DNA of 54,392 nucleotides from positions 1-54,392 of the forward strand of contig JBBIIA010000010.1 of NCBI GenBank assembly GCA_037446775.1, given 5' to 3'. Below the pieces are notes generated by a model, which saw nothing but the letters and a program-made list of their open reading frames with translations, made no database searches and was not told the origin of the DNA. Positions 19,001 to 28,696 of the stretch are shown piece by piece. The number at the start of each line of letters is the position of its first letter. Position 1 is the first letter of the stretch. The DNA is from Deltaproteobacteria bacterium. GTDB taxonomy: Bacteria > Desulfobacterota > Deferrisomatia > Deferrisomatales > JACRMM01. The translations under genes were made by a program, and so were the position numbers.

Positions 19001-20314
19001 GTGCTCGCCGAGCGTATCCTCACCGCTGCCCTTCGCCTGGCCAACCGCCGGATCCTGTCCGTGCGCGTCGGCGAAGACGTCGCCGTGCCTCCCCCCCGGA
19101 CCGGGGGGAAGTATCTCCTCTACGCCCACGTCCCCTTCTGCCAGCGCCTCTGCCCCTACTGCTCCTTCAACCGCTTCCCCTTCGCCGAGGAGCCGGCCCG
19201 GGCCTACTTCCGCCACCTCCGGGACGAGATGCGGCGGGTGGCCGACCTCGGCTACGACTTCCCCGCGGTGTACTTCGGCGGGGGCACCCCCACCATCCTG
19301 GTGGACGAGCTCGCGGCCACCATCGACCTCGCCCGCTCGCTCTTTGCCGTGCGGGAGGTCTCCTGCGAGACCAACCCCAACCACTTGATCCCCGAGGTGC
19401 TGGAGCCCCTGGCCGAGCGGGTCCAGCGCCTCTCGGTGGGAGTCCAGAGTTTCGACGACGCCCTCCTCGTCCAGATGGATCGCCGGGACAAGTACGGCAG
19501 CGGAGAGGAGATCCTGGCGCGGCTCCAGGCCACCGCGGGGCGGTTCCACTCCCTCAACGTCGATATGATCTTCAACTTCCCGAGCCAGACCGCCGCTTCT
19601 CTCGTCCGGGACGCGGCGATGATCCGGGCCTCGGGGGCGAACCAGACCACCTTTTACCCCCTCATGACCTCGGCGGCGGTGCGCCGCTCCCTGGCCCGCA
19701 CCGTGGGCCCCGTGGACTACGCCCGGGAGGCCCGCTACTACGAGCGCCTGTGCGAGGCCCTGGAGGGCGCCTTCGTGCCGGCCACCGCCTGGACCTTCTC
19801 CCGGGCGGCCGGCCAGATGATCGACGAGTACATCGTCGACTACGAGGAGTACCTGGGGATCGGCAGCGGCTCCTTCGGGTACCTCGACGGCTCGATTTAC
19901 GTGAACACCTTCTCCCTGGCGGAGTACGCGGACCGGATCTCCTCGGGGCGGCTCGCGGCGACCGCCCACCGGGCCTTCCCCCGCCGGGAGCAGATGCGCT
20001 ACCGCTTCATGATGGGCCTCTTCGGCCTGCGGCTCGACAAGCATGAGTTCCGCCACCGCTTCGGCGTCAGCCTGGAGCGGGGGCTCCCCCTGGAGATGGC
20101 CTTCTTCGCGGCGGCCGGCGCCTTCGACCGCAACGACCGGGACGAAGTCACCCTCACCCCCCGGGGCCGCTACCTCCTGGTGGCCATGATGCGGGAGTTC
20201 TTCGCCGGGGTGAACCAGTTCCGGGACCAGGCCCGGTCCGCCCTGTCGGCGGCGGAGCAGGCGCTCCTGTTCGGCGACGGGGGGCCCTGCGGGTCCGGGC
20301 CGGGCGAGCCGTGA
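19001..20314 (+). CDS. HemN/HemW/ChuW-like radical SAM protein (coproporphyrinogen-III-oxidase family)
   Basis: 437 aa. YAHVPFCQRLCPYCSF (CX3CX2C radical SAM cluster), GGGTP motif and a HemN-C-like tail. GTG start. Confidence 0.85.
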   Translation: MLAERILTAALRLANRRILSVRVGEDVAVPPPRTGGKYLLYAHVPFCQRLCPYCSFNRFPFAEEPARAYFRHLRDEMRRVADLGYDFPAVYFGGGTPTILVDELAATIDLARSLFAVREVSCETNPNHLIPEVLEPLAERVQRLSVGVQSFDDALLVQMDRRDKYGSGEEILARLQATAGRFHSLNVDMIFNFPSQTAASLVRDAAMIRASGANQTTFYPLMTSAAVRRSLARTVGPVDYAREARYYERLCEALEGAFVPATAWTFSRAAGQMIDEYIVDYEEYLGIGSGSFGYLDGSIYVNTFSLAEYADRISSGRLAATAHRAFPRREQMRYRFMMGLFGLRLDKHEFRHRFGVSLERGLPLEMAFFAAAGAFDRNDRDEVTLTPRGRYLLVAMMREFFAGVNQFRDQARSALSAAEQALLFGDGGPCGSGPGEP

Positions 20315-21075
20315 TCGACGCCGCCATCGCCGCGGCCCGGGCCGCGGGCCGGATTCAGCGGGAGCGGTTCGGCACCGGCGTCCGGGTGGAGCACAAGGGC
20401 GCCATCGACCTGGTCACCGAGGTGGACCTCGCCTGCGAGCGGGCCATCCGCGAGGTGCTCGCCCGCCTCGCCCCGGGCACGGCGGTGCTCGGCGAGGAAG
20501 AGGGGGCCACGGGCGAGGGGGCCGACCGCTGGCTGGTCGACCCCCTGGACGGCACCACCAACTACGCCCACGGCTTCCCGGTGTTTGGCGCCTCGGTGGC
20601 GTGGGAAGCGGGCGGCCGGGTCCGCCTGGGGGCCATTTACGACCCCCTCCGCGACGAGCTCTTCTCGGCCCGGGAAGGCCACGGCGCCTTCCTCAACGGT
20701 CGGCCCCTGCGGTGCTCGGGGACCGGGAGCCTGGGCGACGCCCTCCTGGCCACCGGCTTCCCCTACGACCGGGCCGTCCACCCGCGCAACTACCGGGAGT
20801 TCTGTCACCTCACCCAGCTCACCCGGGGCGTGCGGCGGGCGGGTGCGGCCGCCCTAGACCTCGCCTACGTCGCCGCGGGGCGCCTCGACGGCTTCTGGGA
20901 GCCGGCCCTCAAACCCTGGGACCTGGCGGCCGGCATGCTCCTGGTCACGGAAGCGGGGGGCGCGGTCTCCGGCTACCGGGGGGAGCCCTTCACCCCCTAC
21001 GACCAGGACGTGGTGGCCACCAACGGCCGGCTCCACCCCGCCCTCCTCGCCGCCCTCGCCGACTCCCGGGGGTAG
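20311..21075 (+). CDS. Inositol monophosphatase family protein (SuhB-like)
   Basis: GEEEG...WLVDPLDGTTNY...AAALDLAYVAAGRLDGFWE motifs. The GTG start overlaps the upstream stop (GTGA). Confidence 0.9.
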   Translation: MIDAAIAAARAAGRIQRERFGTGVRVEHKGAIDLVTEVDLACERAIREVLARLAPGTAVLGEEEGATGEGADRWLVDPLDGTTNYAHGFPVFGASVAWEAGGRVRLGAIYDPLRDELFSAREGHGAFLNGRPLRCSGTGSLGDALLATGFPYDRAVHPRNYREFCHLTQLTRGVRRAGAAALDLAYVAAGRLDGFWEPALKPWDLAAGMLLVTEAGGAVSGYRGEPFTPYDQDVVATNGRLHPALLAALADSRG

Positions 21076-21180
21076 CCCGCCCCCCGGGGCGGTGCGTTTC
21101 CCGAAACCCACGGTAGATTCCTCCGCCGGGCCCCGCGCCGCCCCGAAACCTGGCCCGGAGCCCCACCCGGAGGCACCTCC

Positions 21181-23805
21181 ATGGGTCAGCTCCTCACCCG
21201 CCTCGCCGTCGGTCATCCCAGGCTCGTCCTCGTCCTCGCCCTGCTCGCCACCGCCCTCACCCTGGTCCGCATGGACCGCCTCCGGGTCGATACCGACCCC
21301 GAGAACATGCTCTCCCCAACCGAAGCGGTCCGGGTGTTCCACGACGGGGTGAAGCGCGACTTCGCCCTGTCGGACATGATCGTCCTCGGGGTGGTAAACG
21401 AGCGGGACGTGGACGGGGTGTTTACCCCGAGCACCCTCGGCAAGGTGTACCGCATCACCCAGGGGATCCGGGGGATCGAAGGGGTAGTGGTGCCCGACCT
21501 GATCACCCCGAGCACGGTGGACGACATCCTCCAGGCGGGCCTCGGATCGGTCCGCTTCCAGTACCTGATGGAGCCCCCCCCGGCGACGAGGGACGAGGCC
21601 CTGCACTTGCGCGACCGGGCCCTCGCCAACCCCCTGCTCCGGGGCACCCTGGTAAGCGAGGACGGCAAGGCGCTGGCCCTGTATGTGCCGATCGCGGAGA
21701 AGCGCATCGCCCACCGGGTGGGGGAGGACCTGCGGCGGCTCATCGCCGCCGAGCCAGGAGGGCCCGAGGAGTACCACATCACCGGGCTCCCGGTGGCCGA
21801 GGACACCTTCGGCGTGGAGATGTTTCGGCAGATGGCCGGGTCGGCCCCCCTGGCCGGGCTGGTGGTATTCCTGCTGATGCTCTTCTTCTTCCGCCAGCTC
21901 TCCCTGGTCGTCGCGCCCATGGCCGTCGCCGTGCTCACGGTCATCTTCACCATGGGGACCCTGGTCAGCACCGGCAACACCGTGCACATCATGAGTTCGA
22001 TGATCCCGATCTTCTTGATGCCGATCGCGGTGGTGGACTCGGTCCACATCCTGTCGGTGTTCTTCGATCGGTACCAGCTCTACCGCGACCGGGAGAAGAC
22101 CCTTTACGCGGTCATGGACGAGCTCTTCGTCCCCATGCTGTACACCAGCCTGACCACCTTTGCCGGCTTCGCGAGCCTGGCCCTCACCCCGATCCCGCCG
22201 GTGCGGGTCTTCGGCTTGTTCGTCGCCCTGGGGGTAGCCGTCGCCTGGCTGGTCACGGTCACCGTGGTCCCCGCCTACATCCTCCTCTTCATCCCCGAGC
22301 GTAGGCTCGCCAGCTTCGGCGCCACCGCCCACGGCGAAGACGGCCAGGGGCACTCGCCCCTGGCCCGGCTCCTGGTTTGGGGGGGCCGGGTCACCCAAGC
22401 GCACGCCCCGCTGTGGATCGCCGCCACCGGCGTCGTGCTGGCGGTTTCGGCGTACGGCATCGGCCGCATCCAGATCAACGACAACCCGGTGAAATGGTTC
22501 GAACCGAGCCACCCGATCCGGGTGGCCGACCGGGTCCTCAACCGCCACTTCGGCGGCACCTACGAGGCGTACCTGGTCCTGGAGGCGCCAACCACGGCGA
22601 CGTCCGTGGGCGCGGAACTGGCCCGGGTGCGGCAGTTCCTGGCCGGCGAGGCGGCCGCCGCGTCGCCGCCGGCCGCTCCGGTGCTGGCGGCCCTCTCGGC
22701 CCGCCTCGAGGCCCTGGCGGCCGACGGGAAGGTCCTCGACCCCGCCCCCGTGCTCGCCGCGCTGGCCGACGAGCTCGATCGCCGAGCCGCCGAAGCCCCC
22801 ACCGACGACCGGGCCCTGGGCGACGAGCTCGAGCGCCTGGCCGACGGGCTCGAAGACCAGCGCACCGCGCTCCACATCTTCAAGGACCCGGCCGTCCTCG
22901 TCTGGGTGGAGGGCCTGCAACGGCACCTGGTCGCCCAGCGGACCGTCGGCAAGACCAACGGGCTCACGGACGTGGTGAAGAAGGTCCACGGGGAACTCCT
23001 CGAGGGCCAGGCGTTTCGCATCCCCGACTCGGCCGCGGCGGTGGCCCAGACCATCCTGTCCTTCCAGGGAAGCCACGACCCCGAGGACGTCTGGCACCTG
23101 GTCACCCCGGACTTCCGCCGCCTCAACCTGTGGGTGCAGCTCAAGAGCGGCGACAACCGGGACATGGAGTCGGTGATCCGGGCGGTCGAGCGGTACTTCG
23201 GCGACCACCCGCCCCCGCGGGAGCTCCACCACGCCTGGGCCGGTCTCACCTACTTAAACGTGGTGTGGCAGGACAAGATGGTGAAGGGCATGCTCTCGAG
23301 CCTTCTGGGGAGCTTCGGGATCGTCCTCCTGATGATGGTCGTCCTCTTCCGGTCGGTGCTGTGGGGGCTCCTGTCGATGCTCCCCCTGTCGGTCACCATC
23401 GCCTTCATCTACGGCGCGATCGGGCTGGTGGGAAAGGACTACGACATGCCCGTGGCCGTCCTCTCCAGCCTCACCCTCGGCATGAGCGTGGACTTCGCCA
23501 TCCACTTCCTCCAGCGCAGCCGAGACCTGTACCGCGAGACCGGGGCCTGGCCCGAGGCGTCGCGGCGGATGGCCCTGGCCCCGGCCCGGGCCATCGGCCG
23601 CAACGCCATCGTCATCGCGGTCGGCTTCTTGCCCCTGCTCCTGGCGCCCCTGGTGCCCTACCAGACCGTCGGCTTCTTCTTGGCCACCATCCTGGCGGTA
23701 TCGGCCATCGCCACCCTGGTGATCCTGCCCTCCCTGATGCAGGTGCTCCGGGGAAGGCTCTTTCGCCCTGCCCCCCTGGCCGCCGAGAGAGGAGAACACC
23801 CGTGA
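21181..23805 (+). CDS. MMPL/RND-superfamily exporter (two 6-TM bundles, HpnN-like architecture)
   Basis: 874 aa. Has two hydrophobic blocks (about aa 200-380 and 690-860), each preceded by a large soluble loop. The N-terminus (RLVLVLALLATALTLVRMDRLRVDTDPENML) is typical of predicted RND exporters. Confidence 0.85.
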   Translation: MGQLLTRLAVGHPRLVLVLALLATALTLVRMDRLRVDTDPENMLSPTEAVRVFHDGVKRDFALSDMIVLGVVNERDVDGVFTPSTLGKVYRITQGIRGIEGVVVPDLITPSTVDDILQAGLGSVRFQYLMEPPPATRDEALHLRDRALANPLLRGTLVSEDGKALALYVPIAEKRIAHRVGEDLRRLIAAEPGGPEEYHITGLPVAEDTFGVEMFRQMAGSAPLAGLVVFLLMLFFFRQLSLVVAPMAVAVLTVIFTMGTLVSTGNTVHIMSSMIPIFLMPIAVVDSVHILSVFFDRYQLYRDREKTLYAVMDELFVPMLYTSLTTFAGFASLALTPIPPVRVFGLFVALGVAVAWLVTVTVVPAYILLFIPERRLASFGATAHGEDGQGHSPLARLLVWGGRVTQAHAPLWIAATGVVLAVSAYGIGRIQINDNPVKWFEPSHPIRVADRVLNRHFGGTYEAYLVLEAPTTATSVGAELARVRQFLAGEAAAASPPAAPVLAALSARLEALAADGKVLDPAPVLAALADELDRRAAEAPTDDRALGDELERLADGLEDQRTALHIFKDPAVLVWVEGLQRHLVAQRTVGKTNGLTDVVKKVHGELLEGQAFRIPDSAAAVAQTILSFQGSHDPEDVWHLVTPDFRRLNLWVQLKSGDNRDMESVIRAVERYFGDHPPPRELHHAWAGLTYLNVVWQDKMVKGMLSSLLGSFGIVLLMMVVLFRSVLWGLLSMLPLSVTIAFIYGAIGLVGKDYDMPVAVLSSLTLGMSVDFAIHFLQRSRDLYRETGAWPEASRRMALAPARAIGRNAIVIAVGFLPLLLAPLVPYQTVGFFLATILAVSAIATLVILPSLMQVLRGRLFRPAPLAAERGEHP

Positions 23806-24584
23806 GGAGCACCGCTCTGGCCGTAGCCCTCGTCGCGTCCCTCGCCGCCCCGGCCCGGGCCCTGACCGTGGACGAAGTCGTCGCCCGGGCCAACCTGGCG
23901 TCGTACTACGCCGGCGACGACGGAGTGGCCCGGGCCACCCTGGTCATCGCCGACCGGGAAGGCCGGACCCGGGAGCGGGAGTTCACCATCCTGCGCAAGG
24001 ACGTGGCCGACGGGGAGGGGCAGCGCTACTACGTGTACTTCCACAAGCCCGGCGACGTGCGCAAGACCGTGTTCCTGGTGCACAAGTACCTGGATCAGGA
24101 CGACGACCGCTGGCTGTACCTGCCGGCCCTGGACCTGGTGAAGCGGATCGCCGCCTCGGACAAGCGGACGAGCTTCGTCGGGTCCCACTTCTTCTACGAG
24201 GACGTCTCGGGCCGGAGCCCCGCCGAGGACACCCACGTCCTCAAGGAGGAGACTGCACGGCACTACGTGCTCGAGAACACCCCCAAGCACCCGGGGAGCG
24301 TCGAGTTCGCCCGCTACACGGTCTGGGTGGACAAGCAGACCTTCCTGCCGGTGAAGGCCGAGTACCAGGACGCCCGGGGCAAGACCTACCGCCGCCTCGA
24401 GGCCCAGCAGGTCGAGACCATCGGCGGCTTCCCCACGGTGGTCAAGGCGCGGATGGACGACCTCCAGACCGGCGGCCACACGGTCCTCACCTTCGAGAAG
24501 GTCGAGTACGACCAGGGCATCGCCGAAGACACCTTTACCGAGCGCTACCTGCGCAACCCGCCTCGGGAGTACCTCCGGCGATGA
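23802..24584 (+). CDS. Outer-membrane lipoprotein-sorting (LolA-like) protein
   Basis: GTG 23802 overlaps the exporter stop (GTGA) and follows GAGAGAGGAG. Has a signal peptide (VRSTALAVALVASLAAPARA), then LTVDEVVARAN...RTREREFTILRK...YVYFHKPGDVRKTVFLV...DDDRWLYLPAL, typical of the LolA-like family. Confidence 0.8.
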   Translation: MRSTALAVALVASLAAPARALTVDEVVARANLASYYAGDDGVARATLVIADREGRTREREFTILRKDVADGEGQRYYVYFHKPGDVRKTVFLVHKYLDQDDDRWLYLPALDLVKRIAASDKRTSFVGSHFFYEDVSGRSPAEDTHVLKEETARHYVLENTPKHPGSVEFARYTVWVDKQTFLPVKAEYQDARGKTYRRLEAQQVETIGGFPTVVKARMDDLQTGGHTVLTFEKVEYDQGIAEDTFTERYLRNPPREYLRR

Positions 24585-25801
24585 GGGGGCGGTGGCTAGG
24601 GCTCGGGATCCTGCTGCTGGGTGCGGGGGCGCTCCCGGCGGCGGCAGCGGAGCCGCCGATTCACGGCTTTTTCGAGGTCGCCGCGGGAGCCCGGATGGTG
24701 GACGACGACCGGGCGGCGGACCGGTTTCTCCTGGAGGAGGCCCGGTTCCAGGTCGACTTCCTGCGGGACGGAGAGCTCGGGACCCTGGCCTTTCGGGCCG
24801 ACCTGGTGCACGACGGGATCGACGGCGAGAGCCGGGTGGAGGTCCGGGAAGGGAACCTCTTCCTCACCCCCTGGCCCAGGGTCGACCTCAAGGTGGGCCG
24901 CCAGGTGCTCACCTGGGGCACCGGCGACCTGGTGTTCCTCAACGACCTCTTCCCCAAGGACTGGCAGAGCTTCTTTCTCGGCCGGGACGACGAGTACCTC
25001 AAGCAACCGGCCGACGCGGTGCGCGCCACCTGGTACGGCGGGGCCGCCAACCTAGACCTGGCGTGGCAGCCGCTCTTTGCGCCCGACCGCTGCCTCTCGG
25101 GGGAACGGCTCAGCTTCTGGGGGGGCGCTGGCTCCCGGGGCCCCAGGGACGGCGAGCTCCCCACCGAGGAGCCGGCCCGGGGCCTGGGGGGCGGCACCCT
25201 GGCCGGCCGGCTGTACCGGAACCTCGGCGGGTGGGAGGGGGCGCTGTACGGCTTTCGCGGGCGCTGGGGCCAGCCCAGGGGCTTCGATCCCGCCACCGGC
25301 AGCTACACCTTTCCCCGCCTCGAGGCGTGGGGAGCCAGCCTGCGGGGGGCCCTCGGGGGCGGCGTCGCCAACGGGGAGGCGTCCTGGTATCGGAGCCTGG
25401 ACGACCGGGACGAGAAAGACCCGTGGGTGCCCAACTCCCAGGTCCGGGCTCTGGCCGGCTTCGGCCGGGAGGTGTGGCCCGAGCAGAACCTGGGACTCCA
25501 GGCCTACCTGGAGCGGACCCTTTGCACCCCCGACGCCGGCTTCACCGACCAGAACCGCTGGTGGCTCACCGCCCGCTACACCGGCCTCTTCCTCCGGCAG
25601 ACCCTCACCCTCTCCCTCTTCGCCGTCTACTCCCCCTCGGAAGACGACGCCCACCTCCGGCCCCGGGCGAGCTATCAGCTCTCCGACGAGCTCCTCGTCA
25701 CCCTGGGCGCCAACCTCTTCCTCGGCGCCCACCGCGACACCTTCTTCGGGCAGCTCGAAGACAACACCAACGCCTACGCCCGGGTGCGGTACAGCTTTTG
25801 A
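24581..25801 (+). CDS. Outer-membrane beta-barrel protein (DUF1302/alginate-export-like)
   Basis: Signal peptide MRGRWLGLGILLLGAGALPAAAA, amphipathic strand pattern and terminal YARVRYSF. ATGA overlap with the upstream gene. Confidence 0.75.
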   Translation: MRGRWLGLGILLLGAGALPAAAAEPPIHGFFEVAAGARMVDDDRAADRFLLEEARFQVDFLRDGELGTLAFRADLVHDGIDGESRVEVREGNLFLTPWPRVDLKVGRQVLTWGTGDLVFLNDLFPKDWQSFFLGRDDEYLKQPADAVRATWYGGAANLDLAWQPLFAPDRCLSGERLSFWGGAGSRGPRDGELPTEEPARGLGGGTLAGRLYRNLGGWEGALYGFRGRWGQPRGFDPATGSYTFPRLEAWGASLRGALGGGVANGEASWYRSLDDRDEKDPWVPNSQVRALAGFGREVWPEQNLGLQAYLERTLCTPDAGFTDQNRWWLTARYTGLFLRQTLTLSLFAVYSPSEDDAHLRPRASYQLSDELLVTLGANLFLGAHRDTFFGQLEDNTNAYARVRYSF

Positions 25802-25830
25802 GGGGTGGGGTTCGCACAGTGGGACGAAAA

Positions 25831-26217
25831 CTACCGGATCAGCCGCACCTCGACACCCACCCCGGCCCTGGCCCAATCCCCGTCCGCGGTCAGTGCCGGG
25901 CGGCCCGCGAGGCGCGCCAGGGAGAGACACGCCCGGTCCCCGAGGGAGAGCCCGAGGCTGCGGGTGGGCGCCCAGAGGAGGGCCGCTTCTTCCGCGTGGA
26001 CGGCGGCAAACGGGACGATCTCGAGGCCCAGGGCTTCCAAGTCCGCGCGAAGGCCCCGGGTGTCGATGCCCCTCCCCAGGGCCTTTTGGACCACTTCGGA
26101 CCAGTTCACGCTCGACAGCAAGGCTCCGTTGAGCACCGGTTCGACGCGGTCGGCTCCGGGCTCCCCGTGCAACACGGCGAGCAGGGCGGACGCGTCGAGC
26201 ACCACCCCTCCCGTCAC
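25831..26217 (-). CDS. vapC: PIN-domain toxin VapC
   Basis: 128 aa. VLDASALLAVL (first acidic PIN residue), ...SSVNWSEV..., ...LGDRACLSLA. The GTG start overlaps the antitoxin stop (GTGA). Confidence 0.85.
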   Translation of the reverse strand: MTGGVVLDASALLAVLHGEPGADRVEPVLNGALLSSVNWSEVVQKALGRGIDTRGLRADLEALGLEIVPFAAVHAEEAALLWAPTRSLGLSLGDRACLSLARLAGRPALTADGDWARAGVGVEVRLIR

Positions 26218-26477
26218 GGGCCTTCCCCCGCGGCGGCCGCGCGCCGGTCGGCGATGAGTTCCTCGGCCAGGTCCACCCCTGCGGGCACCACGGCAAACCG
26301 GCCCCGCAACCGGGCCAGGATCGCCTCGGGCTTCTCCAGCACCAGACGGGCTCCCTCGGCGCGCACCACCAGGGGCTGGCCGACCTCCAGCTCGAGGGCG
26401 CGCCGCAGGACGGCCGGGATCACCAACCGGCCCTGGGGCCCCAGGCGGACTTCGTGGGCGTCGCTCTGCTGTGCCAT
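26214..26477 (-). CDS. vapB: AbrB/MazE/SpoVT-family antitoxin VapB
   Basis: 87 aa. VRLGPQGRLVIPAVLRRALELEVGQPLVV is a swapped-hairpin AbrB-type DNA-binding motif. Translationally coupled to the PIN gene. Confidence 0.85.
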   Translation of the reverse strand: MAQQSDAHEVRLGPQGRLVIPAVLRRALELEVGQPLVVRAEGARLVLEKPEAILARLRGRFAVVPAGVDLAEELIADRRAAAAGEGP

Positions 26478-26675
26478 GGTTTACGCACTGTGCCACAGTT
26501 GAGAGAACCTGCCAAGAACCAACCTGTCACGCCAGAGAGGCCGGGGGATGCGTTCCCCGCGGCCGCCCCTCCCGCCCGACCCCCCCTCCGCACCGCTGGA
26601 CAGCGGCCGCCCCGTCCGCCACAATGCGCGGCGCCTTCCGGGGGGCGCCCCGGGCCACCCACGAGGAGAGAACCC

Positions 26676-27239
26676 ATGCCCCAGGCTTCTGAACTCAAGC
26701 GCGGCTCCGTCATCCTGCTCGAAGGGGCACCCTGCCGGCTCCTGGAGATCGGCATGCACGCCCCCTCGGCGCGGGGGGCCCACCTGATGGTGAAGGTGCG
26801 CTACCGCAACCTCCTCACCGACCAGGTGCTCGACAAGACCTTCCGGGGGGGCGACAAGATCCAGGAGGCGGATTTCGAGCGCAAGAAGGGCCAGTACCTG
26901 TACGCGTCGGGGGACGGCGGCGTGTTCATGGACCTGGAGACCTACGAGCAGCACGAACTCGGCCCCGAGCTCTTCGACGCGGTGAAGGGGTATCTGCTGG
27001 ACGGCACCGAGGTTCAGCTCGGGGTCTTCGAGGGGCGGGTGGTGAGCGTCGATCCCCCCATGGTGGTGGAGCTGACCGTGCTGGACACCCCTCCGGCGCT
27101 CAAGAACGCCACTGCCCAGGCCCAGCTCAAGGAAGCCACCCTGGAGACCGGCCTCAAGATCCTGGTGCCGCCCTACCTGGCGAGCGGGGAGCGGATCCGG
27201 GTGGACACCCGGGACGGGCACTTCGTCTCCCGGGCCTAG
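26676..27239 (+). CDS. yeiP: Elongation factor P-like protein (EfpL/YeiP type)
   Basis: 187 aa. MPQASELKRGSVILLEG...HAPSARGAHLMVKVRY...GERIRVDTRDGHFVSRA. The loop carries Arg rather than the KPGKG lysine. ATG 26676 follows GAGGAGAG. Confidence 0.85.
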   Translation: MPQASELKRGSVILLEGAPCRLLEIGMHAPSARGAHLMVKVRYRNLLTDQVLDKTFRGGDKIQEADFERKKGQYLYASGDGGVFMDLETYEQHELGPELFDAVKGYLLDGTEVQLGVFEGRVVSVDPPMVVELTVLDTPPALKNATAQAQLKEATLETGLKILVPPYLASGERIRVDTRDGHFVSRA

Positions 27240-27250
27240 TACGAGGCGCC

Positions 27251-27310
27251 GCCTCAGACCGTCGAGCTGCGAGGGGGGGGCTTTGACAGGATGAACAGGA
27301 TGGACAGGGA
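27251..27310 (+). repeat. Intergenic repeat element, copy 2 (left half only)
   Basis: GCCTCAGACCGTCGAGCTGCGAGGGGGGGGCTTTGACAGGATGAACAGGATGGACAGG. Begins 12 nt after the efp-like stop. Confidence 0.8.
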
Positions 27311-27337
27311 CGGTCTTCTCTCCCGGGGGTTGGGCTC

Positions 27338-27363
27338 ACGCAACGGCGCAACGACGCAACGTA
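27338..27363. repeat. Short tandem octamer array (CGCAACGG CGCAACGA CGCAACGT)
   Basis: Read directly. Three units of period 8, between the repeat element and the convergent ATPase gene. Confidence 0.8.
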
Positions 27364-27397
27364 GATCTTGGTCTTGTTGGTTTTGTACCCCCGGACC

Positions 27398-28696
27398 TTA
27401 CGTGGCGTCGTGGCGTGAGACAGTCGTTTCTCCGGGGGTCACGCCGAGCAGAGAGGAGAGGGGCGCCGCGACCAGCCGCTCCCCGAGCACCCGGACCTCT
27501 TCCCCCAGGTAGGCGAGCACTCCCAGCTGGAAGCGAGGGCCCGCGTCCCCCTGGAGGGCCCGCAGCCCGCTGGTGTCGCGGTGGCCCAGGGCGCGGGAGG
27601 CCTTGAACTCGATCGCCACGATCCGGTCCCCCCGCTCGACCACCAGGTCCACCTCGGCCCCGGCCGAGGTGCGCCAGAAGTGGTACCGAGAGGCGCCGGC
27701 CAACCCATCCCAGGCGACCAGGTCGGCGATGGCGAAGGTCTCGAGGAGGGCGCCGTCCCGCCCCGCCGCCACCGCCGCGCGCCAGTCCCAGGCGTTGGCC
27801 GCCCAGGCGGCCGCGCCGCAGTCGACCGCGAAGAGCTTGGGGGACTTGACGAGCCTCTTCCCCACGTTGGGGAAGTAGGGATGCAGGAGGCGGATCTGGT
27901 AGGCCACTTCGAGGAGGCCCAGGTAACGGTCCGCGGTGGTGTGGGAGATCTTGGCGTCGGTCGCCAGCTGGCTCTTGTTGAGCAGGCCGCCGGTCCGCAG
28001 CAACGCGAGGCTCGTGAGCCGCCCGAACTCGGGCACGTTGCTGATCTCGGAGAGTTGGCGGAGGTCGCGCTCCAGGAAGGTGCGGCGGTAACTCTCGTAC
28101 CAGGCGCGCCGATCCTCGGGCTCCAGGGCGTGGACCTCGGGCATCCCGCCCGCCAAGGCGAGCGCCCGCGCCCGCTCTCCGCCGTCCGGCAGCCCCGGGC
28201 CCAGGGCAGCGGCGAAATCGCTCGCGGACGAGGCGGAAAACGCCGCATCGAGGGTCCCGGGCCGGGGGGCACCGACCATCTCCGACCAGGACAGGGGCGG
28301 CAGATCGAGGTACACGGCGCGGCCCGCCAACGACTCGGTGACGGCACGCAGGCCCAGCAGGTTGGCCGACCCGGTGAGGAGGAACCGCCCGGGGGAAGGG
28401 TCGCGGTCCACGGCCAGCTTCACCGCCCGCAGCAGGTCGGGGGCCCGCTGGACCTCGTCGATGACCGTCAACCCGCCCCCCTGGGCCACCAAGCCGTCGG
28501 GGTCCTCCATCGCCTGGGAGAGGGTCAAGGGGTCATCGAGGGTCAGGTAGGTGCCCCCCCGCCGCTGGAGCACCAGGCGGGCCAGGGTGGACTTGCCCAC
28601 CTGCCGCGCACCCGAGACCACCACGACCCGGAAGGTGTCGAGGCGCCGGTGCACGACATCGGTGGCGTGGCGGGGCAGAAGGGACATGCCTTGCAT
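27398..28696 (-). CDS. AAA-type ATPase with C-terminal DUF4143 (PD-(D/E)xK-like) domain
   Basis: Walker A (SGARQVGKSTL), Walker B (LTVIDEVQ) and a C-terminal ...AEVDLVVERGDRIVAIEFKAS nuclease-fold-like motif. Start is ATG 28696 (MQGM) or 28687 (MSLL). The 168-aa upstream extension in the track was rejected. Confidence 0.8.
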   Translation of the reverse strand: MQGMSLLPRHATDVVHRRLDTFRVVVVSGARQVGKSTLARLVLQRRGGTYLTLDDPLTLSQAMEDPDGLVAQGGGLTVIDEVQRAPDLLRAVKLAVDRDPSPGRFLLTGSANLLGLRAVTESLAGRAVYLDLPPLSWSEMVGAPRPGTLDAAFSASSASDFAAALGPGLPDGGERARALALAGGMPEVHALEPEDRRAWYESYRRTFLERDLRQLSEISNVPEFGRLTSLALLRTGGLLNKSQLATDAKISHTTADRYLGLLEVAYQIRLLHPYFPNVGKRLVKSPKLFAVDCGAAAWAANAWDWRAAVAAGRDGALLETFAIADLVAWDGLAGASRYHFWRTSAGAEVDLVVERGDRIVAIEFKASRALGHRDTSGLRALQGDAGPRFQLGVLAYLGEEVRVLGERLVAAPLSSLLGVTPGETTVSRHDAT

